This document shows, piece after piece, positions 55,079-64,000 of a stretch of 64,000 nucleotides of DNA. The stretch is from positions 9,211 to 73,210 of the forward strand of contig CAZCQP010000006.1 in NCBI GenBank assembly GCA_964500895.1, read 5' to 3'. Numbering within the stretch: position 1 is the stretch's first letter; each line of letters starts with the position of its first letter. The translations under genes and the position numbers were made by a program. The DNA is from an uncultured Eubacteriales bacterium (GTDB lineage: Bacteria; Bacillota; Clostridia; Lachnospirales; JAISER01). The notes beneath the pieces are model-generated. The model ran no database searches. It saw only the letters and a list, made by a program, of their open reading frames with translations, and was not told the origin of the DNA.

Positions 55079-56248
55079 ATGCATTATTTTGAAGCGTGCC
55101 CGAAAATTTGCTTCGGCGAGGACGCCTTGAATTATTTAGACAGCATAAAAGATGAAAAAATTTGTGTCATTGCCGACCCGTTTATGGTCAGTTCCGGCAT
55201 TGCACAAGACGTGACAAAGGTATTCAGGGAAAAAGGGTATGCTTACACCATATTTTCAGATGTAGAGCCGGATCCTTCCATCGCAACCATCAGCAGGGGT
55301 GTGCATCACATCTTCCAGGAAAAACCGGATGTGGTAATTGCGCTGGGCGGCGGTTCGGCCATTGATGCAGCCAAGGCCATCCTCTATTTTTGCACCCGGC
55401 TGAAAGGGCAAATGATGGATGAAAAGTATATTCACAAGCCATTTTTCATTGCCATTCCCACAACAAGCGGCACGGGTTCGGAAGTAACGTCTTATGCGGT
55501 GGTCACAGACCCATTAAACAACGTGAAAATACCCATAAGCGCCAAAAGGATGATTCCAGATGTGGCCATTCTGTGGCCCCAGTTTACCAAGACGCTACCA
55601 TTGGCTATTGTGGCCAATACGGGCATGGATGTGTTAACCCACGCCGTTGAAGCCTTTGTATCCAAAAATGCAAACCCATTTTCAGATATGTATGCCAAGG
55701 AAGCGGCACAGAAAGTGTTTAAATACCTGATTCCCCTGTACGAAAACCTGAACAATACGTCGCTGCGTGAGGAAATGTACATTGCATCTACCATGGCAGG
55801 GCTGGCCTTCACCAATTCCGGCTTGGGCATTAACCACAGCATTGCCCATACCATTGGGGCGGATTTTCACATTCCCCACGGCTTGGCCAACAGCATTGTT
55901 TTGCCATACGTCATTGCCTACAATGCAGGGTTGACCAAATATGTGGCCAATGGTGTGCATGAGAAATACGGGGTGCTGGCCCGTTTCATGGGCCTTCCCT
56001 TGGCAGATGATGTTGCGGCGTGTAAAGGATTGGTGATGGCCGTTCAAGCTTTTAACCAAAAGTTTGGCATCAAGCAAGCCTTAAAAGAGCATGGCATAGA
56101 CCCAACAACCTTTGCAGACAGGCTGGATGTTTCGGCAGACAAAATACTTGCCGATATGTGTACATCGGCAAACCCGGTGGACATTTCAAAGGAAAGCCTG
56201 AAGGGGCTGCTGATGGACATTTATGAAGGCAACGGAATCATGTTATAA
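55079..56248 (+). CDS. eutG: iron-containing alcohol dehydrogenase EutG
   Basis: [20 protein letters not shown] and the HxxxH metal motifs (HSIAHTIG). Confidence 0.9.
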   Translation: MHYFEACPKICFGEDALNYLDSIKDEKICVIADPFMVSSGIAQDVTKVFREKGYAYTIFSDVEPDPSIATISRGVHHIFQEKPDVVIALGGGSAIDAAKAILYFCTRLKGQMMDEKYIHKPFFIAIPTTSGTGSEVTSYAVVTDPLNNVKIPISAKRMIPDVAILWPQFTKTLPLAIVANTGMDVLTHAVEAFVSKNANPFSDMYAKEAAQKVFKYLIPLYENLNNTSLREEMYIASTMAGLAFTNSGLGINHSIAHTIGADFHIPHGLANSIVLPYVIAYNAGLTKYVANGVHEKYGVLARFMGLPLADDVAACKGLVMAVQAFNQKFGIKQALKEHGIDPTTFADRLDVSADKILADMCTSANPVDISKESLKGLLMDIYEGNGIML

Positions 56249-56261
56249 GGATGGTGCAGGT

Positions 56262-56609
56262 GTGGGCGAAGAAAAGCAAAGAGTGATACAGGAATATGTG
56301 CCCGGCAAACAGATTACGCTGGCACATTTGATAGCCAACCCCATTGCAGGTCTGCACAAAAAGCTGGGCCTGTTTGAAGACAGCCGAAACGCCATTGGCA
56401 TTCTGACCATCACTCCGTCGGAAGCCGCCATCATTGCAGCGGATGTGGCCACAAAGTCTGCCGCTGTAGACATTGGCTTTATCGACCGGTTCAGCGGTTC
56501 GCTCATGATAACAGGCGATGTTTCTGCGGTGGAATCGGCCCTTAAAGGTGTGCTGGAACTGCTGTCGGGTAAGATGGGTTTTACCCCGTCGGACATCACC
56601 CGCTCATAG
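56262..56609 (+). CDS. eutS: circularly permuted BMC shell protein EutS/PduU
   Basis: [20 protein letters not shown] ... [17 protein letters not shown]. The GTG start at 56262 is chosen by N-terminal alignment to remembered EutS. Confidence 0.88.
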   Translation: MGEEKQRVIQEYVPGKQITLAHLIANPIAGLHKKLGLFEDSRNAIGILTITPSEAAIIAADVATKSAAVDIGFIDRFSGSLMITGDVSAVESALKGVLELLSGKMGFTPSDITRS

Positions 56610-56630
56610 TTTGCGCCAAAGGAGAGACAT

Positions 56631-57059
56631 ATGAAAAGAGTCATCCTGATTGGTAAGACGGGCAGCGGAAAAACAACGCTTATTCAAAAGATAGAAGCGT
56701 TGGACATGCAGTATAAAAAAACCCAAAGCATTGAGTCTTACTACCAGTTTATAGACACGCCGGGGGAATATTTAGAGCACAAAGCATATTACGGCGCATT
56801 GCTTATTTCTTCCGCCGAAGCGGACATCATTGGCTTGGTGGAGGACTGCACGGCGGAAGAAGTATGGCTGCCACCCATGATGTCCTCGGCCTTTTCCAAA
56901 GAAACCATTGGCATTATTACTAAAATGGACAAGGCTGAATCAAGCATGGTGGACAAAGCCAGGCAACGGCTGAAAGAAGCCGGTGCAGGTGAAATCTTTG
57001 AAGTGTCGGCTGTAGAAGACCTGGGTGTAGAGGCGTTAAAAGCCTATATTGACCGGTAG
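56631..57059 (+). CDS. eutP: EutP/PduV small GTPase
   Basis: [15 protein letters not shown] ... IDTPGEY ... ITKMD. Confidence 0.9.
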   Translation: MKRVILIGKTGSGKTTLIQKIEALDMQYKKTQSIESYYQFIDTPGEYLEHKAYYGALLISSAEADIIGLVEDCTAEEVWLPPMMSSAFSKETIGIITKMDKAESSMVDKARQRLKEAGAGEIFEVSAVEDLGVEALKAYIDR

Positions 57060-57075
57060 GAAGGGGGTGTCAGGC

Positions 57076-58515
57076 TTGAGAGAAGTGATACTAAGTGTGG
57101 GCATTGATATTGGCACCAGCACAACACAAGTTGTGTTTTCCAATATTACCATTGAAAACACGGCTTCCGATTTTAGTGTGCCAAGGATTGCCATTATTGA
57201 CAAAGAAATTGTCTATCGCAGCCACATCCACTTTACACCCCTTAAATCACCCATTGAAATCGACATGGAAAAGGTAAGAGATATTGTCGTAGAAGAATAT
57301 GGGAAAGCCGGTATTGACAAGCAGAACATCCAGACCGGTGCAGTGGTGATTACCGGTGAAACAGCACGCAAAGAAAATGCTAACGAAGTGGTGCTGTACC
57401 TGAGCGATTTTGCAGGAGACTTTGTGGTGGCCACCGCCGGGCCAGACCTTGAAAGCATCATTGCCGGTAGAGGGGCTGGGGTGGACGTCTATTCCAAAGA
57501 GCACTTGACCAATGCAGCCAACTATGACGTTGGCGGGGGCACATCCAACTTTGTGCTGTTTAAAAACGGTGAGTTGATGGCCACCAGCTGCCTGGACATT
57601 GGCGGGCGGCTCATTAAGGTGGACAAGGCCACCAAGCGCATCACGTATATTGCGCCTAAAATAAAAAAGCTGATTGACTATAAAAACATTGGCTTGCGGG
57701 AAGGCGACCAGGCAGATTTGGGCAAATTGCAGCAGGTGACGGCGGCAATGGCCAACTTGCTGGCCATGTCTCTGGGCACGGTGGAAAAAGACAGCTTTTA
57801 CCCCACCATTCTCACCATTGAAGGCAACGACGTTGTGTTGAAAGAGCCGGTGAAAAACATTTGTTTTTCCGGCGGCGTGGCGGATTATGTAGGAGAAGCC
57901 ACCCAGGAGGACGTGTTTGCCTACGGGGACATCGGCATTTTGCTGGGCCGTGCCATCCATGCATGCGAAGGCTTAAAGTGTATCAACCGGGTACACGCAA
58001 CCGAAACCATTCGGGCCACTGTGGTGGGCGCCGGGTCCCACATTACGGAAATAAGCGGCAGCACCATTGAATATGGCGAAAATATTTTGCCGCTGAAAAA
58101 TGTACCCATTCTCAAATTGACAAAAGAAGAAGAAACGGACAATGCAACCATTGCCCGAGCCATTAGGGATAAACTGAACTGGTTTACCTTAGAGGATGAA
58201 AAGAACGTACCGGTGGTGGCCGTGGCCATGACGGGTAAAAAAAGCATTGGATTTAAGGAAGTAACCAATGTAGCCCAAGGCATTGTGGCAGGCTGTGAAA
58301 AAATGATTGCCGCCAACATGCCGCTGGTGGTGGTGGTGGAGTTTGACATGGCCAAGGTGCTGGGGCAAACCCTTAACCGGCTTTTGAACTACCGGCACCC
58401 CATTGTCTGCATCGACATGATTACCGTGGAAAACGGGGACTACATTGATATTGGAAAGCCTGTGGGCGGTGGCAGTGTGCTGCCTGTAGTCATTAAGACG
58501 TTGGTTTTCAAGTAG
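57076..58515 (+). CDS. eutA: ethanolamine ammonia-lyase reactivase EutA
   Basis: [17 protein letters not shown] ... YDVGGGTSN. The ORF is open from 57049. TTG 57076 is favoured (GGAAGGGGG SD 9 nt upstream; matches remembered EutA N-terminal length). Confidence 0.88.
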   Translation: MREVILSVGIDIGTSTTQVVFSNITIENTASDFSVPRIAIIDKEIVYRSHIHFTPLKSPIEIDMEKVRDIVVEEYGKAGIDKQNIQTGAVVITGETARKENANEVVLYLSDFAGDFVVATAGPDLESIIAGRGAGVDVYSKEHLTNAANYDVGGGTSNFVLFKNGELMATSCLDIGGRLIKVDKATKRITYIAPKIKKLIDYKNIGLREGDQADLGKLQQVTAAMANLLAMSLGTVEKDSFYPTILTIEGNDVVLKEPVKNICFSGGVADYVGEATQEDVFAYGDIGILLGRAIHACEGLKCINRVHATETIRATVVGAGSHITEISGSTIEYGENILPLKNVPILKLTKEEETDNATIARAIRDKLNWFTLEDEKNVPVVAVAMTGKKSIGFKEVTNVAQGIVAGCEKMIAANMPLVVVVEFDMAKVLGQTLNRLLNYRHPIVCIDMITVENGDYIDIGKPVGGGSVLPVVIKTLVFK

Positions 58516-58566
58516 CACGCATCGTGCACATGCACTTGATTTATTTTACGAAAGTGAGGGATTACT

Positions 58567-59931
58567 CTGAAGCTGAAAACAAGTTTATACGGGAAAACAT
58601 ATGCATTTAATAGCTTAAAAGAAGTATTGGCAAAAGCCAATGAAGAAAAATCCGGCGACAAGCTGGCCGGTATTGCAGCGGAATCCTCCGAGGAACGCAT
58701 TGCGGCCAAGGTGGTTCTGTCTGAAGTGACTGTTGGAGAGTTGCGCAACAGCCCTGTGGTGCCTTATGAAGAAGATGAGGTTACCAGAGTGATTCAGGAC
58801 AGCGTGAATGAAAAAATTCACAGCGAGTTCAAAAATAAAACCATTTCAGAGCTTCGTGAATACATATTGGACGAAAATACAACGGGCAACGACATTAAGA
58901 GAATGTCTAAAGGCATCACCTCTGAAGTTGTGGCCGGTGTAACCAAGCTCATGTCCAACCTGGACTTGATTTACGGGGCCAAAAAAATTAACATTACCGC
59001 CCATTGCAACACCACCATTGGTTTGCCGGGCACTTTTTCCACCAGATTGCAGCCAAACCACCCCACAGACAATGTGGACGGCATTTTGGCCTCTTTGATG
59101 GAAGGATTAAGCTATGGCGTGGGTGATGCGGTCCTTGGCCTGAACCCTGTGGACGATTCTGTGGCCAGCGTTAGCCGGGTGCTGGAACTGTTTCATGAAT
59201 TTAGAAACAAATGGAGCATCCCAACCCAAATTTGTGTGTTGGCTCACGTAACCACCCAGATGGAAGCCATTCGGAAAGGTGCGCCTTGCGACCTTGTTTT
59301 CCAATCCATTGCCGGTTCACAAAAAGGCAATACCGCTTTCGGTTTGGACGTTCAAATGCTGGACGAAGCCAAGGCGCTCATGTTATCCCACGGCACCTCC
59401 ACCGGCCCTAACGTGATGTATTTTGAAACAGGGCAAGGCTCTGAACTGTCTTCCGATGCACACAACGGCGCAGACCAGGTGACCATGGAAGCCCGCTGCT
59501 ATGGCTTGGCTAAACGGTATGACCCGTTTTTGGTTAACACCGTTGTTGGGTTCATCGGGCCGGAATATTTGTACGACTCCAAACAAGTGATTCGTGCCGG
59601 TCTGGAAGACCACTTTATGGGCAAGTTGACCGGCATCTCCATGGGCTGTGACGCCTGCTACACCAACCACATGAAAGCAGACCAGAACGACATTGAAAAC
59701 CTGGCTGTACTGCTTGTGGCGGCGGGCTGTAACTATGTGATGGGCATTCCTCATGGCGATGACGTGATGCTGAACTATCAGTGCACGGGTTACCACGAAG
59801 CCATGGCTTTAAGAGAACTGCTGGGGCTGCGGCCGATTAAAGAGTTTGAAACATGGATGGAACAAATTGGCATCATCAAAGATGGCAAAATGACAAAACG
59901 GATGGGCGACGCATCCATATTCTTGAAATAA
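58567..59931 (+). CDS. eutB: ethanolamine ammonia-lyase large subunit EutB (canonical copy), probable CTG start
   Basis: The ORF track starts at TTG 58627. The 20 in-frame codons upstream read LKLKTSLYGKTYAFNSLKEV, matching the conserved EutB N-terminus. GAGGG SD 6 nt before CTG 58567; in-frame TGA at 58555. Confidence 0.85.
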   Translation: MKLKTSLYGKTYAFNSLKEVLAKANEEKSGDKLAGIAAESSEERIAAKVVLSEVTVGELRNSPVVPYEEDEVTRVIQDSVNEKIHSEFKNKTISELREYILDENTTGNDIKRMSKGITSEVVAGVTKLMSNLDLIYGAKKINITAHCNTTIGLPGTFSTRLQPNHPTDNVDGILASLMEGLSYGVGDAVLGLNPVDDSVASVSRVLELFHEFRNKWSIPTQICVLAHVTTQMEAIRKGAPCDLVFQSIAGSQKGNTAFGLDVQMLDEAKALMLSHGTSTGPNVMYFETGQGSELSSDAHNGADQVTMEARCYGLAKRYDPFLVNTVVGFIGPEYLYDSKQVIRAGLEDHFMGKLTGISMGCDACYTNHMKADQNDIENLAVLLVAAGCNYVMGIPHGDDVMLNYQCTGYHEAMALRELLGLRPIKEFETWMEQIGIIKDGKMTKRMGDASIFLK

Positions 59932-59988
59932 ACCGAATGGGCCCACTTTGGGCGCTCACGTTCAATAATGAAAGAGGAGGCATAACCA

Positions 59989-60888
59989 GTGGTCAATGAA
60001 AACGAAATTAAAAGCATGATTGAAAAAGTATTGGCACAAATATTAAGTGAAGAAGCCGCCGGCCCCCAGGACACCCCACAGGCAGTTTCTGTAAAAGAAG
60101 ATACATGTGGCATTCAAGTGGATCCGGGTGCAATTGAAGACATTACGGCCATTGATTTAAAAGATCACTTCTTGGTGCCGGAACCTGCGGACAAAGAAGG
60201 ATATTTGGCCATGAAAAAATATACCCCTGCACGCCTTGGCGTGTGGCGGGCAGGCCCACGGTACAAAACTGTCACATCCCTGCGTTTCCGGGCAGACCAT
60301 GCCACAGCACAGGATTCCGTGTTTTCCAATGTTTCAGAAGATTTTGTGAAAGCAAACGGCTTTGTGTCTGTTCAAACAAGCTGCACGGATAAAGATGAAT
60401 ACGTTACCCGGCCAGACCTTGGCAAAACTTTTAGCAGTGAAACCACTGCCCAAATGAAAAAAGAACTGAAACACGGCATGAAGGTGCAAATTATGATTGG
60501 TGACGGCTTAAGTTCTGCCGCCATTGAAGCCAATATACCGGACATTTTGCCGTCCATCATTCAAGGGCTTTCTAGATACGGCATTGACGTTGGGCCCATT
60601 CCCTTCGTGAAATATTGCCGGGTTGGGGCCATGGATGCCATTGGCGAACTGACCGACGCAGACGTGGTGTGTTGCCTGATTGGTGAAAGACCAGGCCTTG
60701 TAACGGCTGAATCCATGAGCGCTTATATGGCGTATAAGCCCACGGTGAACATGCCGGAAGCCAGACGAACCGTTGTGTCTAACATTCACAAAGGTGGCAC
60801 CCCACCGGCAGAAGCAGGCGCCCATATTGCAGAACTTTTGAAGCTGATGCTGGATAAAAAAATGTCTGGTGTGGAACTGAAGCTGTAA
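59989..60888 (+). CDS. eutC: ethanolamine ammonia-lyase small subunit EutC (canonical copy)
   Basis: GTG start. [20 protein letters not shown] and LIGERPGL motifs. N-terminal helix [14 protein letters not shown]. Confidence 0.92.
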   Translation: MVNENEIKSMIEKVLAQILSEEAAGPQDTPQAVSVKEDTCGIQVDPGAIEDITAIDLKDHFLVPEPADKEGYLAMKKYTPARLGVWRAGPRYKTVTSLRFRADHATAQDSVFSNVSEDFVKANGFVSVQTSCTDKDEYVTRPDLGKTFSSETTAQMKKELKHGMKVQIMIGDGLSSAAIEANIPDILPSIIQGLSRYGIDVGPIPFVKYCRVGAMDAIGELTDADVVCCLIGERPGLVTAESMSAYMAYKPTVNMPEARRTVVSNIHKGGTPPAEAGAHIAELLKLMLDKKMSGVELKL

Positions 60889-60903
60889 AGGAGGCAAACA
60901 GCC

Positions 60904-62367
60904 ATGGAACTTTTGGATAAAGACCTGGTGTCGATACAGGCTGTGCGCAACCTTGTGAAGGAAGCCAAGGCCGCCCAGGCGCAACTGGCAACTTTTTCGC
61001 AGGAACAGCTGGACAAAATTGTTTTCGCCATGTACAGAGCGGGCTTTGAGAATGCAGAACGGCTGGGCCGGATGGCAAACGAAGAAACCGGCTTTGGCAA
61101 GGCGGCAGATAAATGCATCAAAAACCAATTTGCTTCCCAGTCTGTGTATGATTCTATCAAAGATTTAAAGACGGTAGGCATATTGAACGACGACAAAGAA
61201 AAACAAGTGATGGAAGTCGGCGTACCCATCGGCGTTATTGCGGCGCTGGTGCCGTCTACCAACCCTACGTCTACTGTTATTTTTAAGGCGCTTATTGCCA
61301 TTAAAACAGGTAACGCCATTGTGTTTTCGCCCCACCCAAGTGCACTCAAATGCATCACAGAGACCGTCCGGGTGATGAATGAGGCTGCCATGAACGCCGG
61401 CTGCCCCAAAGGTGCTATTGCCACCATGGAAATACTGACCATGCAAAGCACGGCGGAACTGATGAAACACAAAGATGTATCCCTTATTTTGGCCACAGGT
61501 GGCACGGCCATGGTGAAGGCTGCTTATTCCTCCGGTACCCCATCCATCGGGGTTGGGCCGGGGAACGGCCCTGCATTTATCGAAAAGACAGCGGACATTC
61601 CGCTGGCCGTTAAACGCATTATTGAATCAAAAACCTTTGATAATGGCACCATCTGCGCTTCAGAACAATCTGTTGTGGTAGAGGCCGAAATGGAAGCCGT
61701 GGTGAAAGCCGAATTTGAAAGACAAGGCGGCTATTTCCTGAAGCCAGACCAAAAGAGCAAGCTGGAAAAAATATTAATGCTGCCCAGTGGCACCATGAAC
61801 CCTAAAATCGTGGGCAAACCAGCCCATGTTGTGGCAGAAATGGCGGGCATTGATATTCCGGCGGGCACAACGGTTTTGCTGGGCTATGAGACTGGCGTGG
61901 GCGCACAATACCCACTTTCAGAGGAAAAGCTGTGCCCGGTGCTTGGCTTTTATGTAGAGGCCGACTGGGAAGCCGCTTGCCTACGAAGCATTGAGATTCT
62001 CAACCACGAAGGTGCGGGGCATACCATGATGATCCATACCAACGACACTGCCATTGTGCGTGAATTTGCCTTGCGTAAACCGGTCAGCAGACTGCTGGTG
62101 AATACACCGGGTGCGTTGGGTGGCATTGGGGGAACAACCAACCTGTTGCCGTCGCTCACACTGGGCTGCGGTGCTGTTGGCGGTAGCTCAACCTCCGATA
62201 ACATTGGCCCCCTTCACCTGATTAACATTCGGCGCATTTGCTATGGGGTAAGGGAATTAGATGACATTAGAGGTACGGCTGCACCTGCCGGTTCCTGTGA
62301 AAATGCATATGTAGAGCGCATTATTGAAAGAGTGCTGGAAAAGTTATGCGCAGGACAGCGTTCATAA
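60904..62367 (+). CDS. eutE: CoA-acylating acetaldehyde dehydrogenase EutE
   Basis: 487-aa ALDH fold with FDNGTICASEQS (catalytic Cys). Confidence 0.92.
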   Translation: MELLDKDLVSIQAVRNLVKEAKAAQAQLATFSQEQLDKIVFAMYRAGFENAERLGRMANEETGFGKAADKCIKNQFASQSVYDSIKDLKTVGILNDDKEKQVMEVGVPIGVIAALVPSTNPTSTVIFKALIAIKTGNAIVFSPHPSALKCITETVRVMNEAAMNAGCPKGAIATMEILTMQSTAELMKHKDVSLILATGGTAMVKAAYSSGTPSIGVGPGNGPAFIEKTADIPLAVKRIIESKTFDNGTICASEQSVVVEAEMEAVVKAEFERQGGYFLKPDQKSKLEKILMLPSGTMNPKIVGKPAHVVAEMAGIDIPAGTTVLLGYETGVGAQYPLSEEKLCPVLGFYVEADWEAACLRSIEILNHEGAGHTMMIHTNDTAIVREFALRKPVSRLLVNTPGALGGIGGTTNLLPSLTLGCGAVGGSSTSDNIGPLHLINIRRICYGVRELDDIRGTAAPAGSCENAYVERIIERVLEKLCAGQRS

Positions 62368-62403
62368 CACCTTAAAACGGCTATGAGAAGGGGGGGCTTG
62401 TGG

Positions 62404-63753
62404 TTGAACCTGATTCAGAATGTTTTCGAGGCAGGGGTGGTAGGCGCAGGCGGCGCAGGGTTTCCCACCCATGTAAAGCTGGACGCTAAAGCGGAGTATC
62501 TAATTATCAATGCCGCAGAATGCGAACCCCTGCTGGAAACAGATAAATATATGATGCGCAATATGGCAGAGCGTATTGTCCGTGGGGCTTGCCTGGCCGG
62601 GCAGCACTTACAGGCTGAACATATCATCATTGCGCTGAAAAAAGCATATCATTCGGAAGCGGAAAAACTGACCCAGGCCATCAAGGCGCAGTGTGCCCCT
62701 GTTACGTTGTCTTTGATGGACAGCTTTTACCCCGCAGGGGATGAGCATGTGATGGCAAACCATGTCACCGGGCGGGTGGTCCCCCCGGGGGGCGTACCCA
62801 TTCAGGCGGGCATGGTGGTGTCCAACGTGGGCACGATGATTGGCGTAGCCGACGCAGCCGATGGCATTGCCGTCTCAAGAAAGCTGGTGTCTGTGCTGGG
62901 TGAGGTGCATACCCCTCGCCTCGTGGATGTGCCGGTGGGTGCGCCATTAAGCGCCTGTATTGAGGCGGCAGGGGGCTTAAAGCGGCAGGATGTGATGTTT
63001 GTGTTAGGCGGCCCCATGATGGGGCGCTGCCTTAGCCCAAAACAGTGTGAGCAAACATTTGTAACCAAAACCACTGGGGCCATCATCGCTATTCCGGCCG
63101 ACCTGTCCTTTATAAAGCGGAAGGAACAGCCCTTGCAGCACATTTTGAACAGAGCAAAATCGGTCTGCATACAATGTGCCTATTGCACAGAAATGTGCCC
63201 CCGCTATTTGCTTGGCCATGACTTACGGCCACACAAAATGATGCGCCTGACGGCTTATCAAGGCTTTGACCAAGCGGTGCAGACGAAGGAAGCACAAGAA
63301 GCGCTTCTTTGCAGCGAATGTGGTGTATGCGAAGAATATGCATGCCCCATGGGCTTGTCGCCCCGAAGGGTGAATGTGGCCATCAAGGCCAAGTTGCGGG
63401 AACGAGGGGTCAAATACACCCCAGGTAGCTTGCCGGTTCAGGCAAGAGCAGGGGGAGACGGACGCAGAATCCCATCCCACCGGCTTATTGCCCGGCTGGG
63501 GCTGGACAAATACCATGTGTCATTGGGCGACCATGTGGTTGTGCCGGATGTTACGGCAGTGCGGGTGCCTTTGCGCCAGCACATTGGTCAGGCGGCTGTA
63601 CCGGTGGTAAAAGAAGGCGACAGCGTATGTGCCGGAGAAAAAATCGGTCAGATTCCCACCGGCGCAATGGGTGCCAATGTCCACACCGGCATCAGCGGAA
63701 CGGTCATAAAAATTGATGAATACGTTTGGATTGAAAAAGAGGTGGTTTCATGA
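62404..63753 (+). CDS. pduS: PduS-like cobalamin reductase (RnfC/SLBB, 2x[4Fe-4S])
   Basis: GVVGAGGAGFPTHVKL, INAAECEPLL, CIQCAYCTEMCP and CSECGVCEEYACP motifs. The ORF is open from 62383; TTG 62404 is favoured (G-rich SD 7 nt upstream). Confidence 0.88.
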   Translation: MNLIQNVFEAGVVGAGGAGFPTHVKLDAKAEYLIINAAECEPLLETDKYMMRNMAERIVRGACLAGQHLQAEHIIIALKKAYHSEAEKLTQAIKAQCAPVTLSLMDSFYPAGDEHVMANHVTGRVVPPGGVPIQAGMVVSNVGTMIGVADAADGIAVSRKLVSVLGEVHTPRLVDVPVGAPLSACIEAAGGLKRQDVMFVLGGPMMGRCLSPKQCEQTFVTKTTGAIIAIPADLSFIKRKEQPLQHILNRAKSVCIQCAYCTEMCPRYLLGHDLRPHKMMRLTAYQGFDQAVQTKEAQEALLCSECGVCEEYACPMGLSPRRVNVAIKAKLRERGVKYTPGSLPVQARAGGDGRRIPSHRLIARLGLDKYHVSLGDHVVVPDVTAVRVPLRQHIGQAAVPVVKEGDSVCAGEKIGQIPTGAMGANVHTGISGTVIKIDEYVWIEKEVVS

Positions 63754-64000
63754 GCCATGCCATAGGGTTTTTAGAATTAAACAGCATTGCCAAAGGCATC
63801 GGAGCCACAGACCATATGATTAAAGCCGCAGATGTGTTTTTGGCCGCCGCCAAGCCCACGTGCCCTGGAAAATTCACCATATTGATAACAGGGGATGTGG
63901 CGGCAGTGAATGCCGCTGTGAAAGCGGGCATGGCGGCTGGTGGTGAAGCGGTGGTGGACCATCTGGTCATTCCTCGGGTGCACCGGCAAGTGGTGGCTGC
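63750..64000 (+). CDS. pduT: PduT-like BMC-T shell protein (5' partial, runs off the window)
   Basis: Hand-translated as MSHAIGFLELNSIAKGIGATDHMIKAADV ... CPGKFTILITGDVAAVNAAV. ATGA overlap with the pduS stop. Absent from the ORF track because no stop lies within the window. Confidence 0.8.
   Translation, partial: MSHAIGFLELNSIAKGIGATDHMIKAADVFLAAAKPTCPGKFTILITGDVAAVNAAVKAGMAAGGEAVVDHLVIPRVHRQVVA

Noticed and set aside
57247-57960. 237-aa minus-strand ORF
   Set aside because: It is antisense to eutA, which has strong family motifs and fits the operon. The translation is His/Gly/Val-rich, typical of a shadow frame.

Overview
The window looks like a chromosomal segment of an anaerobic Firmicute (Clostridia-like: SLH cell-wall anchor, EutV/EutW ANTAR regulation, B12-dependent glutamate mutase). 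Gene density is high and most of the window is well explained. From left to right: (1) A housekeeping block: smpB, an SRPBCC/MarR pair, an HD phosphohydrolase, ylxM-ffh-rpsP-khpA-rimM-trmD, yqeG, comFB, aroQ, and on the minus strand hutI-hutH-ridA-smc-ftsY. (2) An envelope/sensing block: an SLH-anchored M1-like metallopeptidase, blaI with a blaR1-like gene, a FlxA-like coiled-coil protein and an MCP. (3) A roughly 3.4 kb mini-island holding two translationally coupled large serine recombinases, a small ORF and a 12-bp tandem repeat. (4) A long operon joining the methylaspartate pathway (glmS-glmL-glmE-mal) to histidine catabolism (hutU, glutamate formimidoyltransferase, cyclodeaminase), with an uncharacterised DUF1446-like/DUF4387 pair in between. 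(5) A biotin block (birA, bioO, bioY) and an iron block (feoA-feoA-feoB, a Cys-rich peptide, a DtxR-like regulator). (6) An ethanolamine-type microcompartment locus of at least 18 kb (eutVW, an ANTAR leader, shell proteins L/K-like/M/N/S/PduT, eutJHQGPAE, pduS) that carries TWO complete ammonia-lyase pairs. The most interesting observations: the divergent first EutB'/EutC' pair has an altered active-site motif. The canonical eutB appears to start at CTG. The DUF1446-like/DUF4387 pair sits where a mesaconate-processing step would be expected. A modular multi-hairpin repeat family occurs at two loci in opposite orientation, with compensatory stem changes, and one copy splits a terminator with a 10-bp direct repeat. 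The recombinase-only island carries a Gly-Trp-Cys / Pro-Gln low-complexity repeat. Several operator-like dyads are present (HutC/NagR-like, BlaI-like, DtxR-like, bioO). All family assignments come from reading the translations and from remembered motifs; no searches were run.
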